A stretch of 64,000 nucleotides of DNA from Candidatus Latescibacterota bacterium. GTDB taxonomy: Bacteria > Latescibacterota > UBA2968 > UBA8231. The notes beneath the pieces were generated by a model. The model saw only the letters and a program-made list of their open reading frames with translations. It was not told the DNA's origin and did no database searches. Position 1 is the stretch's first letter; the number at the start of each line of letters is the position of its first letter. Shown piece after piece: positions 1 through 18,921 of the stretch. A program made the translations under genes and the position numbers. The DNA is taken from positions 32,001 through 96,000 of the forward strand of contig OZ241889.1 of the NCBI GenBank assembly GCA_965203355.1, written 5' to 3'.

Positions 1-146
1 TCCATCACCGCGTGAGACAAAGTGAACGACCGGCCATCATAGCCGATGCCCGTGCCCGCTTCCAAACGCCGGGTAGCAATCGCCACATTGTCCCCGGGCA
101 TGGGCAGGCGGGCTACTTCGCTAAAGGAAAAAGTAGGGTTCGTCAT
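1..146 (-). CDS. UxaA/altronate dehydratase family protein, N-terminal SAF region (runs off the window edge)
   Basis: Reverse strand from ATG at 146 reads MTNPTFSFSEVARLPMPGDNVAIATRRLEAG...; DNVAIA is typical of the UxaA SAF domain; GAAGGA RBS upstream. Confidence 0.6.
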   Translation of the reverse strand, partial: MTNPTFSFSEVARLPMPGDNVAIATRRLEAGTGIGYDGRSFTLSHAVM

Positions 147-165
147 ACAGTCATCCTTCCGGTGG

Positions 166-1275
166 TCAGTGGCCACAGCCGATTCTAACTTCCCGCCCCT
201 CGGCGGCCGAGCGGTACAGCCCGTCGAGGGCGGCTATGACGTTGAGCACTTCTTCTTTTTTTATCGACAACTCGGCCCGCCCTTCAAGCACCTCGACGAA
301 GTGGGCCGCGGCTTTCCAGTGCCCCGAAAAGGGCACCGAGGGGTCGGGCGGCACCTTGATCCGCGTGTCGGCCTGATAGCGGCCCAAGGTGCCGATAAAA
401 GTGAGCGGATTAAACGCGAGGCCGCCCTTGGTGCCCATGATGAGGGTGCCGCCCGTGCCATCGGGCAAATGGGCCGCCCAACTAGCCCGAATGCTGATAG
501 TGGCGTCGTTTTCCAAGCGCAAAAAGCCAGCGGCCATATCCTCGACGTCGTATTCGCCGCTGTCGTAGTTCCGGGGCGCAAACACGCCCTCTGGCGCACC
601 GCTGTCAGTCAGCGACGTGACTACATCTTCATCTTCGCGTTGGTCGGCCAATTTGGTGTACGTCGCGCCCGCAGCGGCCACCACTTTGGGATTGCCCATG
701 ATCCACAGCAGGGCGTCGAGCGCGTGGACGCCCAGGTCGTAGAGGGGGCCGCCGCCCGAGGCTTCTTTCATGTGGAAGCGGCCCCAAGTGGGCACGCCGC
801 GACGGCGGAAAGCCGAGGTTTCAGCGTAGTACATCTGGCCCAAGTGCCCGCTATCAGCGAGTTGCTTGGCCGCGGTATTACTACCGGAGAAACGGCTCGT
901 CTGGGTGACAAATAGATGGCGGCCGGCCGCCTCGGCTGCTGCGTACATAGCGACTGCATCGGCGCGACTGGCGGCAACGGGTTTTTCGCAAAAGACGTGG
1001 GCCCCGGCTTGGAGGACCGCTTCGGCGTAGGCTCGATGCGAGACATTGGGGGTGCAGACGGAGACGATGTCGGGACGCAGTTCATCCATCATGCGCCCAC
1101 AGTCGTCATACGCGCGGGGGATGCCGTGGCGGTCGGCGGTCTGTTGGGCCTTGGCCAAGGTGTGATTGAACACGCCGACTACTTGTACCGCCGGAGCCAA
1201 CGCCAGCCAAGCGGGGATGTGCGCAACGTTGGCGATCATGCCCGTGCCTACGATGGCGACTTTGTATGGGGCCAT
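166..1275 (-). CDS. Gfo/Idh/MocA family oxidoreductase
   Basis: KVAIVGTGMIA Rossmann motif, CEKP motif, GGGPLYDLGVHALD; start trimmed to MAPYK behind an AAGGA RBS. Confidence 0.9.
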   Translation of the reverse strand: MAPYKVAIVGTGMIANVAHIPAWLALAPAVQVVGVFNHTLAKAQQTADRHGIPRAYDDCGRMMDELRPDIVSVCTPNVSHRAYAEAVLQAGAHVFCEKPVAASRADAVAMYAAAEAAGRHLFVTQTSRFSGSNTAAKQLADSGHLGQMYYAETSAFRRRGVPTWGRFHMKEASGGGPLYDLGVHALDALLWIMGNPKVVAAAGATYTKLADQREDEDVVTSLTDSGAPEGVFAPRNYDSGEYDVEDMAAGFLRLENDATISIRASWAAHLPDGTGGTLIMGTKGGLAFNPLTFIGTLGRYQADTRIKVPPDPSVPFSGHWKAAAHFVEVLEGRAELSIKKEEVLNVIAALDGLYRSAAEGREVRIGCGH

Positions 1276-1708
1276 ATTTTTCATCCTTTTGCAGCGAGGT
1301 AAAATCACCGGCGGAGGAATCACGCGCGCCAAAGCCACGCACTCGCAGTTGTAGGCCGAAAGCGAAGACGCCGCTACCCGAAGTTCGTTCTCTTGGCTGA
1401 TGATCTTTTTTTGCATAATGGTTTGCTCCCGTTGGGTAGTCAAGGGCTATGAGAAAATATGAAGGGTGAGGATGCTTTGATCACACAAGAATTGAATGAC
1501 GAACATAATTTCACTATTCTCAGGGCCAGCGGCTAAACCCACTTGAAAGGACAACCACTATGGGCGCGACCGATGTCGACGTTATGACAAAACAAATCGA
1601 CTAAACTCATCGAGAGGACTTTTGGCTGGCTAGGTGTTAAGATGGCGACCCCTAAATTCAAAAAGGAGGCCCTCTCCTTCGTATAGAACTCACGTTAAAA
1701 GGAGGCAC

Positions 1709-3937
1709 ATGATTTACTACGCACATTCCCTAGAAGGTCAGTCGAAGGAACACTGGCAACCGCTACGGGAACACCTGCTCAAGGTCCAAGACGAAGCGGT
1801 GATACGGGGAACCAAGTTCGGTGTTGGCAAAGCCGCGGGATTGGCTGGGCTTTTGCACGATCTCGGCAAGTACACAGAAGCGTTCCAGCAGCGTCTAGCG
1901 GATGGAGCAAGCGTTGATCACGCCACAGCCGGAGCCAAACAAGTCTGTGATTTTACAGTAACAGAAAAACAAGATCGGGCCATAGCACAGTTGCTCGCTT
2001 ACGCCATCGCCGGGCACCACGGGGGTCTGCCGGACATGCACAGTAGTACCGGCTCAGACAATTCGCTTGATGAACGGCTAAAAAAGACGCTTGATCCGCT
2101 TGACTCGACTTGGGAGTTAGAAATTCAGCCTAACGCTACTGGTCTTTGGCCTAAAGGGTTCAAATTGGAGAAGGCGGCAGTAGCGTTCCAGCTTTCCTTC
2201 CTGACACGGATGATCTTCTCGTGTCTTGTCGACGCAGACTTCCGCGACACCGAGCGATTTTACGCTGCGGCAAAAGGTGAGACCATTGACCGTGCCTGGC
2301 CGGTGCTTCCCGAAATAATCGACCCGCTACGCAATAGACTTAACAACCACTTCGCCGGTTTTCCCAGCGAAGGCAAGGTCAATCGCCTGCGCCGCGAAAT
2401 TCTGGAATATGTTCGGACTCAAGCGGATTGCTCCCCGGGCCTATTTTCGCTCAACGTACCGACAGGTGGCGGCAAGACGCTGACTTCCCTCGCCTTTGCT
2501 CTCGACCATGCCAAAGCACACGGGCTTGAGCGCATCGTCTATGCGATCCCTTTTACTTCAGTAATAGATCAGACTGCGGAAATTTTTCGCGATGTGCTAG
2601 GAAAAGATGTAGTCCTTGAACATCATTCGGCGATTGACGAAACCAAGTTCACAAATCGGGCGGGAGCCGATAAGCTACGGCTTGCCATGGAGGATTGGGG
2701 TGCTCCTATCGTCGCAACTACCAACGTCCAGCTCTTTGAAAGCCTATTCGCCCATCGCCCATCGCGGTGTCGCAAGTTGCACAATTTGGCTCGTGCGGTC
2801 ATTGTCTTAGACGAAGCGCAGACTATCCCCCTACATGTACTACGGCCTTCAGTTGCTGCTCTTGATGAACTAGGTCGTAACTATGGTTCATCTATCGTGC
2901 TCTGCACCGCAACACAGCCAGCACTCAAGGCATCTGAGTTCAAAGGTGGCTTTGAAAGAGTCCGTGAACTGGCACCGGACCCGCCCAGCTTGCACCAGCA
3001 GCTTGCCCGCGTCACCATCGGCCATAAGGGTACGCTCGGCGACGACGACCTATGCAAGACCCTCGCCCAAACGGAGCAAGGTATGGTTATTGTCAACAGC
3101 CGGAAACACGCCTTGGACCTTTTCCGGCAAGCCTGCGAAGCAGACATGGAAGGCGTCGTACATCTGAGTACGCGGCAATACGCAGCACATCGCCGCCGCA
3201 TCCTTGAGGGTGTACGCCAGCGGCTAAAGACAGGCAGGCCGTGTCGGTTGGTTGCCACTTCGCTGGTAGAGGCAGGCGTCGATCTGGACTTTCCAAGAGT
3301 TTGGCGGGCCGAGGCCGGGCTCGATTCGATTGCCCAAGCTGCTGGACGGTGCAATAGAGAGGGAAAACGAGAGGTTGCAGACAGTATCGTTACTGTGTTC
3401 CAGCCAGCGGAACATTCCAGTCCGGCCGAGTTGAGCCAACTCGCCGGAGATATGGAACGCATCATGGGTCGCCACGACGACCTACTATCGACAGAAGCTA
3501 TAAAAGACTACTTCAAAGAGGTGTACTGGCGCACAGACGCAAGACTTGGCGATGATTTCTTGCAAAAGTTCAAGATTCGCAAGGACGGCACTGGCACTTC
3601 TTTCTCCTTCCGCGAGGTTGGCGAGGAGTTCCGTCTGATTCGGAACGGTATGCTGCCGGTGATCGTCGCCCGAGAAGAGGAAGCGCACAAGGCTTTGCGC
3701 TATCTCGCTTACACCGAACGGCCCGGCAGCGTGGCCCGGCGGCTCCAGCCTTACATCGTGCAAGTTCATCCTCGTTCTTTAGGACAGCTTCTAAAAAACA
3801 ATCACGTTTGTTTTGAGGCACAGAGACGCTTCGGAGACCAGTTCGCCGTTCTCTTCACTAAGAGTCTCTATCGAGAAGATGTCGGTCTCCTTTGGGAGGA
3901 CGCGGATACGCTCGACAATGAGGTGATGATAATATAA
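1709..3937 (+). CDS. cas3: CRISPR-associated helicase/HD nuclease Cas3 (type I-C)
   Basis: YYAHS, LHDLGK (HD), PTGGGKT, DEAQ, QAAGRCNREG motifs; AGGAGG RBS at 1700-1705. Confidence 0.97.
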   Translation: MIYYAHSLEGQSKEHWQPLREHLLKVQDEAVIRGTKFGVGKAAGLAGLLHDLGKYTEAFQQRLADGASVDHATAGAKQVCDFTVTEKQDRAIAQLLAYAIAGHHGGLPDMHSSTGSDNSLDERLKKTLDPLDSTWELEIQPNATGLWPKGFKLEKAAVAFQLSFLTRMIFSCLVDADFRDTERFYAAAKGETIDRAWPVLPEIIDPLRNRLNNHFAGFPSEGKVNRLRREILEYVRTQADCSPGLFSLNVPTGGGKTLTSLAFALDHAKAHGLERIVYAIPFTSVIDQTAEIFRDVLGKDVVLEHHSAIDETKFTNRAGADKLRLAMEDWGAPIVATTNVQLFESLFAHRPSRCRKLHNLARAVIVLDEAQTIPLHVLRPSVAALDELGRNYGSSIVLCTATQPALKASEFKGGFERVRELAPDPPSLHQQLARVTIGHKGTLGDDDLCKTLAQTEQGMVIVNSRKHALDLFRQACEADMEGVVHLSTRQYAAHRRRILEGVRQRLKTGRPCRLVATSLVEAGVDLDFPRVWRAEAGLDSIAQAAGRCNREGKREVADSIVTVFQPAEHSSPAELSQLAGDMERIMGRHDDLLSTEAIKDYFKEVYWRTDARLGDDFLQKFKIRKDGTGTSFSFREVGEEFRLIRNGMLPVIVAREEEAHKALRYLAYTERPGSVARRLQPYIVQVHPRSLGQLLKNNHVCFEAQRRFGDQFAVLFTKSLYREDVGLLWEDADTLDNEVMII

Positions 3938-3940
3938 AAT
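3912..3940 (+). promoter_or_regulatory. Putative sigma70 promoter in the cas3 3' end driving the mini-array RNA
   Basis: TCGACA (3912-3917), 17 bp, TAAAAT (3935-3940), 13 nt before the degenerate repeat. Confidence 0.55.
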
Positions 3941-3953
3941 GTATAGTAGTAGG

Positions 3954-4040
3954 GTCGCTCTTGCATGGGGCGCGGATTGAAACTACATGTATTACGTACA
4001 CACACATGCCTGTCGCCTCTAATAAAGGAGGGGCGACAGG
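3954..4040 (+). ncRNA. crRNA-like regulatory RNA (degenerate repeat, 28-nt spacer, partial repeat folded into a terminator)
   Basis: GTCGCTCTTGCATGGGGCGCGGATTGAAAC at 3954-3983 resembles the array repeat; spacer 3984-4011; GTCGCCTCT at 4012 resembles a repeat 5' end. Confidence 0.75.
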
Positions 4041-4053
4041 TTTTCTTTATTTT
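4009..4053 (+). terminator. Intrinsic terminator ending the mini-array transcript
   Basis: Stem CCTGTCGCCTCT / AGGGGCGACAGG, 8-nt loop, followed by TTTTCTTTATTTT. Confidence 0.8.
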
Positions 4054-4058
4054 CTTCA

Positions 4059-4086
4059 TTGACAGGATAAATTTTCTATATATATT
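4059..4086 (+). promoter_or_regulatory. sigma70 promoter of the cas5-cas8c-cas7 operon
   Basis: Perfect TTGACA at 4059-4064 and TATATT at 4081-4086 (16-bp spacing) in an AT-rich stretch before the cas5 RBS. Confidence 0.75.
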
Positions 4087-4114
4087 AAGTATAGCACTGA
4101 CAAGGAGTTCATCC

Positions 4115-4774
4115 ATGTTTGGAGTACGTCTGCGCGTGGGAGGCCAATACGCCTGTTTCACGCGACCAGAAATGAAGGTCGAGCGCGTGTCTTACGATGT
4201 AATGACGCCTTCAGCGGCACGCGGTATCTTGGAAGCCATTCACTGGAAGCCAGCTATAGTCTGGCGCATTGACCGCATTCACGTCCTCAAGCCAATTCGG
4301 TTCCAGTCGATCCGGCGCAACGAAGTCGGCAAAAAAATTCCCATGGGGTCCGTCCGCACAGCAAAAAACAGGGGTTCTATCGAGAAGCTCTATACCAAGG
4401 TTGACGAAGAGCGCCAGCAACGCGCCGCTACTGTATTAGCCGACGTAGAGTACGTCATTGAAGCGCACTTTGACATGACGGACGAAGCGGGCGAAAGCGA
4501 TAATGTGGGCAAACACCTCGACATCTTCAATCGCCGCGCCAGGAACGGGCAGTGCTTTCACCAGCCCTGTCTTGGAACGCGAGAATTTGCCGCAGACTAC
4601 ACACTCATCGAGAACGACGACCTGCCGCCAGCGATTGACGAAAGCCGCGACTTGGGCTGGATGCTCTACGATATTGACCACGCAAACGAGCGACAACCGC
4701 TTTTCTTTCGCGCCAGAATGAAACAGGGCGTTGTCGAAATTCCTTCTTCCAATTCGCCGGAGGTGTTGCAATGA
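4115..4774 (+). CDS. cas5: Type I-C Cas5 (Cas5c/Cas5d, crRNA-processing)
   Basis: ACFTRPEMKVERVSYDVMTPSAARGILEAIHWKP and QPCLGTREF; AAGGAG RBS before ATG 4115. Confidence 0.97.
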   Translation: MFGVRLRVGGQYACFTRPEMKVERVSYDVMTPSAARGILEAIHWKPAIVWRIDRIHVLKPIRFQSIRRNEVGKKIPMGSVRTAKNRGSIEKLYTKVDEERQQRAATVLADVEYVIEAHFDMTDEAGESDNVGKHLDIFNRRARNGQCFHQPCLGTREFAADYTLIENDDLPPAIDESRDLGWMLYDIDHANERQPLFFRARMKQGVVEIPSSNSPEVLQ

Positions 4775-6540
4775 GCATTCTATCTTCTCTTGAGCGGGCC
4801 TATCACCGGCTTGCAAAAGAGAATAAAGTGCCGCCGATTGGCTACTCCAATGAGCGGATTGACTATTGCGTTGTCTTGGACACTACAGGCCAGCCCGTGG
4901 GAAAGCCTGTGGACCTACGGGACCATTCAGGGAATAAACCTGTCGCACCCCGGCATTCGGTACCAAGATCAGAGAAGCGGACAGTCAAGATTGTGCCAAA
5001 CTTTCTCTGGGACAAAACATCGTATGTGCTTGGCGTAGTAGAAGACGACAAGCCATCAGAGCGGGCTGCGAAAGAGCATGAGGCTTTTCGGGACCGGCAC
5101 CTCGACGCCCTACAACACAAAAGCGACGCAGGTCTTGTGGCTTGTTATCGTTTTTTGCAATGGTGGAAGCCAGAGTACTTCGATATACGCGGCTGGCCAG
5201 ACGTAATGAAGGGGGCCAATGTGGTGTTCCGGCTAGATGGAGATACAGACTTTATTCACGACCGGCAGGCTGCACGCCAACTATGGGTCTCTCAAATGAA
5301 TCAGTCCCATAGATCGCAAGCCGTTTGTTTGGTGACCGGCAAGAGCTCCCCTATCGCCAGACTGCATCCTTCGATCAAGGGAATACGTGGTGCGCAGTCT
5401 ACTGGTGCGTCCATCGTCTCTTTCAATCTCGACGCCTTTGAGTCTTATGGGCATGAACAGGGCGATAATGCGCCCGTAAGTGAAGATGCTGCCGCTGCCT
5501 ACACAATCGTGCTCAACCATTTCCTCCGTACCAACGAAAACAAGGTCCAACTCGGAGACGCTTCGACTGTATTCTGGGCCGATAGCTCGAATGCAGAAGC
5601 CGCGGCGCAATCCGAAGCCATATTTTCCTTCGTCCTCAATGACACCAACGACGAAGACGACGCGATAAACGATCAGCGCATCAAGTCTATCCTTGAAAAA
5701 ATGGCAAGGGGGCGCCCTATGGAGGAAATCCGCCCAGAGTTGCCCCAAGGGGTGCGCTTTTATGTGCTTGGCTTGGCTCCCAACGCAGCGCGTATCTCGA
5801 TTCGCTTTTGGCTAGAGGACGACTTTGCGACGCTGGCCGAGCATATCAGCTATCACTATCGGGATATGCGCCTTGACCCACCACCACGCCAAGAACAACC
5901 AAGCGTCCGGCTTTGCCTGCGTGAGACCGCTACGACGAAGGTAAAAAATCCATACGAACATATCCCCCCCCAACTCGCTGGGGAGATGCTACGCGCTATC
6001 CTGACAGGTCGCTCTTATCCGCAGACATTGTTATCCACGATCCTCATGCGTCTGCGGTCGGACAAGACCATAACGGGCCTGCGCGTAGCCTTACTCAAAG
6101 CCGTGCTCTGCCGCAAGTGGCGCACGGCTGGCCACTTAACAAAGGAGGATGACCTCGTGTCTCTTGATCCTACAAATGTCGATCCTGGCTACTTGCTCGG
6201 TCGGCTATTCGCCTGTTTTGAGTACGCACAAAAGCAGGCCCTCGGTCGCAATGTCAACGCCACGATATGCGATAAGTACTACGGGGCGGCTTCGGCGACG
6301 CCGCGTTCTGTATTTCCCATCCTGCAACGCAACGCCATGAACCACTTGTCCCGTCTGCGGAAAGACAGGCCTGGAGCACATCGCTATATCGACAACGCAA
6401 TCACCCAGATTTACGGAGGTGCCGCGCCTGATAAACTATTCGTGCCAACGCTCAGCATGGATGCCCAAGCGCTCTTTGCCATCGGCTACTATCACCAGAA
6501 AAACGCTTTCTATACTAAAAAAGAAAAGGAGAACGAATAA
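4771..6540 (+). CDS. cas8c: Type I-C large subunit Cas8c/Csd1
   Basis: [46 protein letters not shown] motifs; operon position. Confidence 0.96.
   Translation: MSILSSLERAYHRLAKENKVPPIGYSNERIDYCVVLDTTGQPVGKPVDLRDHSGNKPVAPRHSVPRSEKRTVKIVPNFLWDKTSYVLGVVEDDKPSERAAKEHEAFRDRHLDALQHKSDAGLVACYRFLQWWKPEYFDIRGWPDVMKGANVVFRLDGDTDFIHDRQAARQLWVSQMNQSHRSQAVCLVTGKSSPIARLHPSIKGIRGAQSTGASIVSFNLDAFESYGHEQGDNAPVSEDAAAAYTIVLNHFLRTNENKVQLGDASTVFWADSSNAEAAAQSEAIFSFVLNDTNDEDDAINDQRIKSILEKMARGRPMEEIRPELPQGVRFYVLGLAPNAARISIRFWLEDDFATLAEHISYHYRDMRLDPPPRQEQPSVRLCLRETATTKVKNPYEHIPPQLAGEMLRAILTGRSYPQTLLSTILMRLRSDKTITGLRVALLKAVLCRKWRTAGHLTKEDDLVSLDPTNVDPGYLLGRLFACFEYAQKQALGRNVNATICDKYYGAASATPRSVFPILQRNAMNHLSRLRKDRPGAHRYIDNAITQIYGGAAPDKLFVPTLSMDAQALFAIGYYHQKNAFYTKKEKENE
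6157..6540 (+). CDS. cas11: Internally translated small subunit Cas11 within cas8c
   Basis: AGGAGG at 6143-6148 then in-frame GTG at 6157 starting (M)[18 protein letters not shown], the known I-C Cas11 N-terminus pattern. Confidence 0.8.
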   Translation: MSLDPTNVDPGYLLGRLFACFEYAQKQALGRNVNATICDKYYGAASATPRSVFPILQRNAMNHLSRLRKDRPGAHRYIDNAITQIYGGAAPDKLFVPTLSMDAQALFAIGYYHQKNAFYTKKEKENE

Positions 6541-7484
6541 TGACCGCTCTTAACCATCGCTACGATTTCGTCTATTTATTTGACGTTACCAACGGCAATC
6601 CCAACGGCGACCCGGACGCAGGCAATCTCCCGCGCCTCGACCCGGAAACGAACCAAGGTTTGGTTACGGACGTCTGCCTCAAGCGCAAGATACGCAACTT
6701 CGTTGAACTGGCTAAAGGCGACGAGTCCGGCTATGCGATCTACGTCCAAGAAGGCGCCCTGCTCAACGAGCAACATCGGAAGGCGTATCAAGTTGTGCGC
6801 CCCGATGACGATAAGGTCGAGAGCAGCAAGAAACTAAGCCCAAAAAACGACGAGGAGATGGACGACCTGCGTGGCTTCATGTGCAACAATTTCTTTGACG
6901 TGCGTACCTTCGGCGCGGTAATGAGCACCGGCATCAACTGTGGCCAAGTACGCGGGCCAGTCCAGATGACTTTTGCGCGTTCCATCGATCCGATCGTACC
7001 GCTCGAAGTGTCTATCACGCGCATGGCAGCTACCACCGAAAAGGAAAAGGCGGAACGCGAGCAGGCTAGCAACGATAACGATAGCGACGAGCGGACCGAG
7101 CACCGCACCATGGGTCGCAAACACATTGTGCCCTACGGGCTATATCGGGCGCATGGCTTCATCTCCGCCAAGCTCGCCGAACGCACCGGCTTTTCGCCGG
7201 AAGACCTTGAGGTCCTCTGGAATTCCTTGACGCAAATGTTCGAGCATGACCACTCGGCCGCTCGTGGCGAAATGGTTGCCCGTCGGCTCATTGCCTTTAA
7301 GCACGCTAGTGCCTTGGGCAACGCGCCCGCGCATAGGCTCTTTGAGCGGGTACGTGTGGAGCGCACAGAAGCGAATGGTAGCGAGGGCATCCTGCCTCCT
7401 GCTCGCAGTTTTGCTGACTATCGCGTGGAACTCGACGTAGGCGATATGCCAGCAAATATCGAGGTCGTTGATCTAAGCACCTAG
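6540..7484 (+). CDS. cas7: Type I-C Cas7/Csd2
   Basis: [45 protein letters not shown] motifs. Confidence 0.97.
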   Translation: MTALNHRYDFVYLFDVTNGNPNGDPDAGNLPRLDPETNQGLVTDVCLKRKIRNFVELAKGDESGYAIYVQEGALLNEQHRKAYQVVRPDDDKVESSKKLSPKNDEEMDDLRGFMCNNFFDVRTFGAVMSTGINCGQVRGPVQMTFARSIDPIVPLEVSITRMAATTEKEKAEREQASNDNDSDERTEHRTMGRKHIVPYGLYRAHGFISAKLAERTGFSPEDLEVLWNSLTQMFEHDHSAARGEMVARRLIAFKHASALGNAPAHRLFERVRVERTEANGSEGILPPARSFADYRVELDVGDMPANIEVVDLST

Positions 7485-7515
7485 ACGGGCATCCAATACA
7501 ACAAACAAAGCGTAG

Positions 7516-8193
7516 ATGATGACAAGTGAAGTGCAGTTCGGGCAACCACCTCCTGTGCAGGGAATGGAGCCGATACCAGTGTCGGCATTGCAACATGCGG
7601 TGTACTGCATGAGACAATGCGCTCTAATCCACTTGGAACGACTTTGGGAGGAAAATCGGTTTACCGCTGAAGGTCGAGTGCTGCATCAAACCATTGACGA
7701 AGCAGGGCATCGGCGCAAGGCAGGTGTGCTTCAGATGATGTCACTCCCGATCTACAGCATCCGGCTCAATCTTACAGGGGTCGCCGATATGGTTGAGTTC
7801 CACGAAAGCCAGACAAGTATTACCCCGTTCCCGATCGAGTTCAAACGAGGCAAGGCCAAAGTACATCGCGCCGACGAGGTGCAACTCTGCGCCCAGGCAT
7901 TGTGCCTTGAAGAAATGACCGGTACAGCAGTGCCGATGGGAGCTTGTTACTACGGACAAACCAAACGGCGGAAAGAAGTGTCTTTTGATGCCGAGCTCCG
8001 CACCCTCACCGAGACAACAGTCGAACAAGTAGCCGCGCTCTTCGCTCAAGGCCGCACACCCTCAGCCGAGTACGAAGCAGCCAAGTGCCGCGGGTGTTCG
8101 CTGCTCGACCAGTGTCGTCCCAAGGCGATGGAGCGTTCGGTTCTCGCTTGGCGAACGCGGGCCCTAACATCACACCTTGCAGAATCTGGATAA
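7516..8193 (+). CDS. cas4: CRISPR-associated exonuclease Cas4 (start may be 7564)
   Basis: YCMRQCAL, PIEFKRG, QLCAQALCLEEM, C-terminal CxxCSLxxxC Fe-S cysteines. Confidence 0.95.
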   Translation: MMTSEVQFGQPPPVQGMEPIPVSALQHAVYCMRQCALIHLERLWEENRFTAEGRVLHQTIDEAGHRRKAGVLQMMSLPIYSIRLNLTGVADMVEFHESQTSITPFPIEFKRGKAKVHRADEVQLCAQALCLEEMTGTAVPMGACYYGQTKRRKEVSFDAELRTLTETTVEQVAALFAQGRTPSAEYEAAKCRGCSLLDQCRPKAMERSVLAWRTRALTSHLAESG

Positions 8194-9233
8194 TGCCCAT
8201 GAGGCGATTGCTCAATACACTCTATGTTACTACGCCCGGATCACGTCTGACCAAAGATGGCGAGAACTTGGTCGCGGAAGTAGAAGGTGAGGAGCGAGCG
8301 CGGGTTCCGTTCCACATGTTGGGATCCGTGGTGGTTTTCGGTAGCATTTATATATCTCCACCTTTGATCCAAGCCTGTGCCGCTGGTGGTATCGTCTTAG
8401 TACTCTTGGACCGATTCGGCCGATTCCAAGCCCGAGTCACGGGACCAGTCTCCGGCAACGTACTGCTGCGGCGCGCACAATATAAAGCCAGCGACGAGCC
8501 AGAAGAGATCATTCGCAGTATTCTCGTCGGCAAGATCGCCAATCAGCGAAGTGTCCTACAAAGAGCACAGCGCGATTATGGGGATCAGCTTGAACCTCCT
8601 GGCCATAAAAATATGTCCGCCGCGACGAATCGCCTTCGGCAGATTGTGCAACGCATCAACAACGGCCACGATAGTATAGATAGATTACGCGGTTTTGAAG
8701 GCGAGGCTGCACATATCTATTTTTCGGTCTTTGGTCGCCTGATCCGCGTACCCGAACCAGAGATGGCATTTGTCGGTCGTAATCGGCGACCGCCACGTGA
8801 CCCTATAAATGCTCTGCTTTCATTTCTCTACACTCTTCTTGTCCACGACTGTAGCTCTGCCGCCGAGAGCGTTGGTTTAGATCCTGCCGTGGGGCTCTTT
8901 CACAGAGATCGTCCCGGCCGGCCGAGTCTTGCGCTAGATCTTATGGAAGAATTGCGACCAGTCTTGGCCGATCGGCTTGCATTATCGCTAGTAAATCGTC
9001 GGCAAGTTAGTGCAAAAGACTTCCAGACCCGAGAAGGCGGTAGTGTTTCAATGAGCGACGACGCTCGCAAGACAGTTCTCACTGCTTGGCAGGAACGAAA
9101 GCGCGTAGAGAGGACTCACCCTTTTCTTGGGGAAAAGGCACCGCTCGGTTTGGTTCCATATCTCCAAGCACAGTTGCTAGCTCGGCACCTTCGAGGTGAT
9201 TTAGACGCTCACCCGCCATGGTTATGGAAATAA
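8193..9233 (+). CDS. cas1: Type I-C Cas1
   Basis: LNTLYVT, GNVLLRRAQY, LRGFEGEAA, NALLSFLY, DLMEELR; TAATG overlap with cas4. Confidence 0.97.
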   Translation: MPMRRLLNTLYVTTPGSRLTKDGENLVAEVEGEERARVPFHMLGSVVVFGSIYISPPLIQACAAGGIVLVLLDRFGRFQARVTGPVSGNVLLRRAQYKASDEPEEIIRSILVGKIANQRSVLQRAQRDYGDQLEPPGHKNMSAATNRLRQIVQRINNGHDSIDRLRGFEGEAAHIYFSVFGRLIRVPEPEMAFVGRNRRPPRDPINALLSFLYTLLVHDCSSAAESVGLDPAVGLFHRDRPGRPSLALDLMEELRPVLADRLALSLVNRRQVSAKDFQTREGGSVSMSDDARKTVLTAWQERKRVERTHPFLGEKAPLGLVPYLQAQLLARHLRGDLDAHPPWLWK

Positions 9234-9264
9234 GTCGCCCCTCGCATGGGGCGTGAATTGAAAC
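9234..9264 (+). repeat. Solitary degenerate CRISPR repeat between cas1 and cas2
   Basis: GTCGCCCCTCGCATGGGGCGTGAATTGAAAC starts right after the cas1 TAA; differs from the array repeat by two substitutions and one deletion. Confidence 0.9.
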
Positions 9265-9276
9265 AAACAAAACAAA

Positions 9277-9567
9277 ATGATGGTTCTCGTTACATATGAT
9301 GTCTCGACGACATCTGATGGCGGCACACAGCGGTTACGACGTGTTGCTAAGATGTGTCGCGACTTTGGACAAAGAGTGCAGTTTTCAGTATTTGAGATTG
9401 AGGTGGACTCGGCTCAATGGACTGCTTTGAAGACGCGACTTGAAGCGATTATTGATCCAAAAACCGATAGTCTTAGGTATTATTTTCTCGGTGCGAATTG
9501 GGAGCGGCGCATAGAGCATGTCGGTGCCAAGGCGACTGTCGATTTGAACGGAACACTGATTGTCTGA
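9277..9567 (+). CDS. cas2: CRISPR-associated endoribonuclease Cas2
   Basis: VLVTYDVST, RLRRVAK, GQRVQFSVFE, DSLRYY. Confidence 0.97.
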   Translation: MMVLVTYDVSTTSDGGTQRLRRVAKMCRDFGQRVQFSVFEIEVDSAQWTALKTRLEAIIDPKTDSLRYYFLGANWERRIEHVGAKATVDLNGTLIV

Positions 9568-9753
9568 GAAGGATGGTGCGAACCACAAGCGATTAGGTAA
9601 ACGAGAGGCGGTCCGCACATCGTATAACTCATTGAGAATCAAAGGAATATGGATCGCGAATGGTACTTATCACTCTTCTAATTCGGAAAGTCTACTAGGG
9701 TTCGCGCTAACTTATCTCTTCAGTGTTGTTACACAATGTATTAGCTTGCAACA
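9568..9753 (+). promoter_or_regulatory. CRISPR leader
   Basis: Non-coding, AT-richer stretch between cas2 and the first repeat, with GCGAACC...GGTTCGC inverted motifs often seen in I-C leaders. Confidence 0.85.
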
Positions 9754-18889
<9,136 letters not shown>

Positions 18890-18921
18890 CTCCTCAACAC
18901 CTGCGTGGCATCCACGCTCGA

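Noticed and set aside
1588-1686. Short frame reading LIERTFGWL, resembling an IS5 transposase motif
   Set aside because: Only about 32 codons between stops, with no start, inverted repeats or other transposase motifs
1706-1735. Loose similarity of the mini-array spacer to the cas3 start region (CACATGATTTACTACGCACA)
   Set aside because: Needs gaps and has no TTC PAM; the cas5 promoter site fits much better
3965-4114. 50-aa N-terminal extension of Cas5 in the ORF track
   Set aside because: It runs through the repeat, terminator and promoter; the RBS supports ATG 4115
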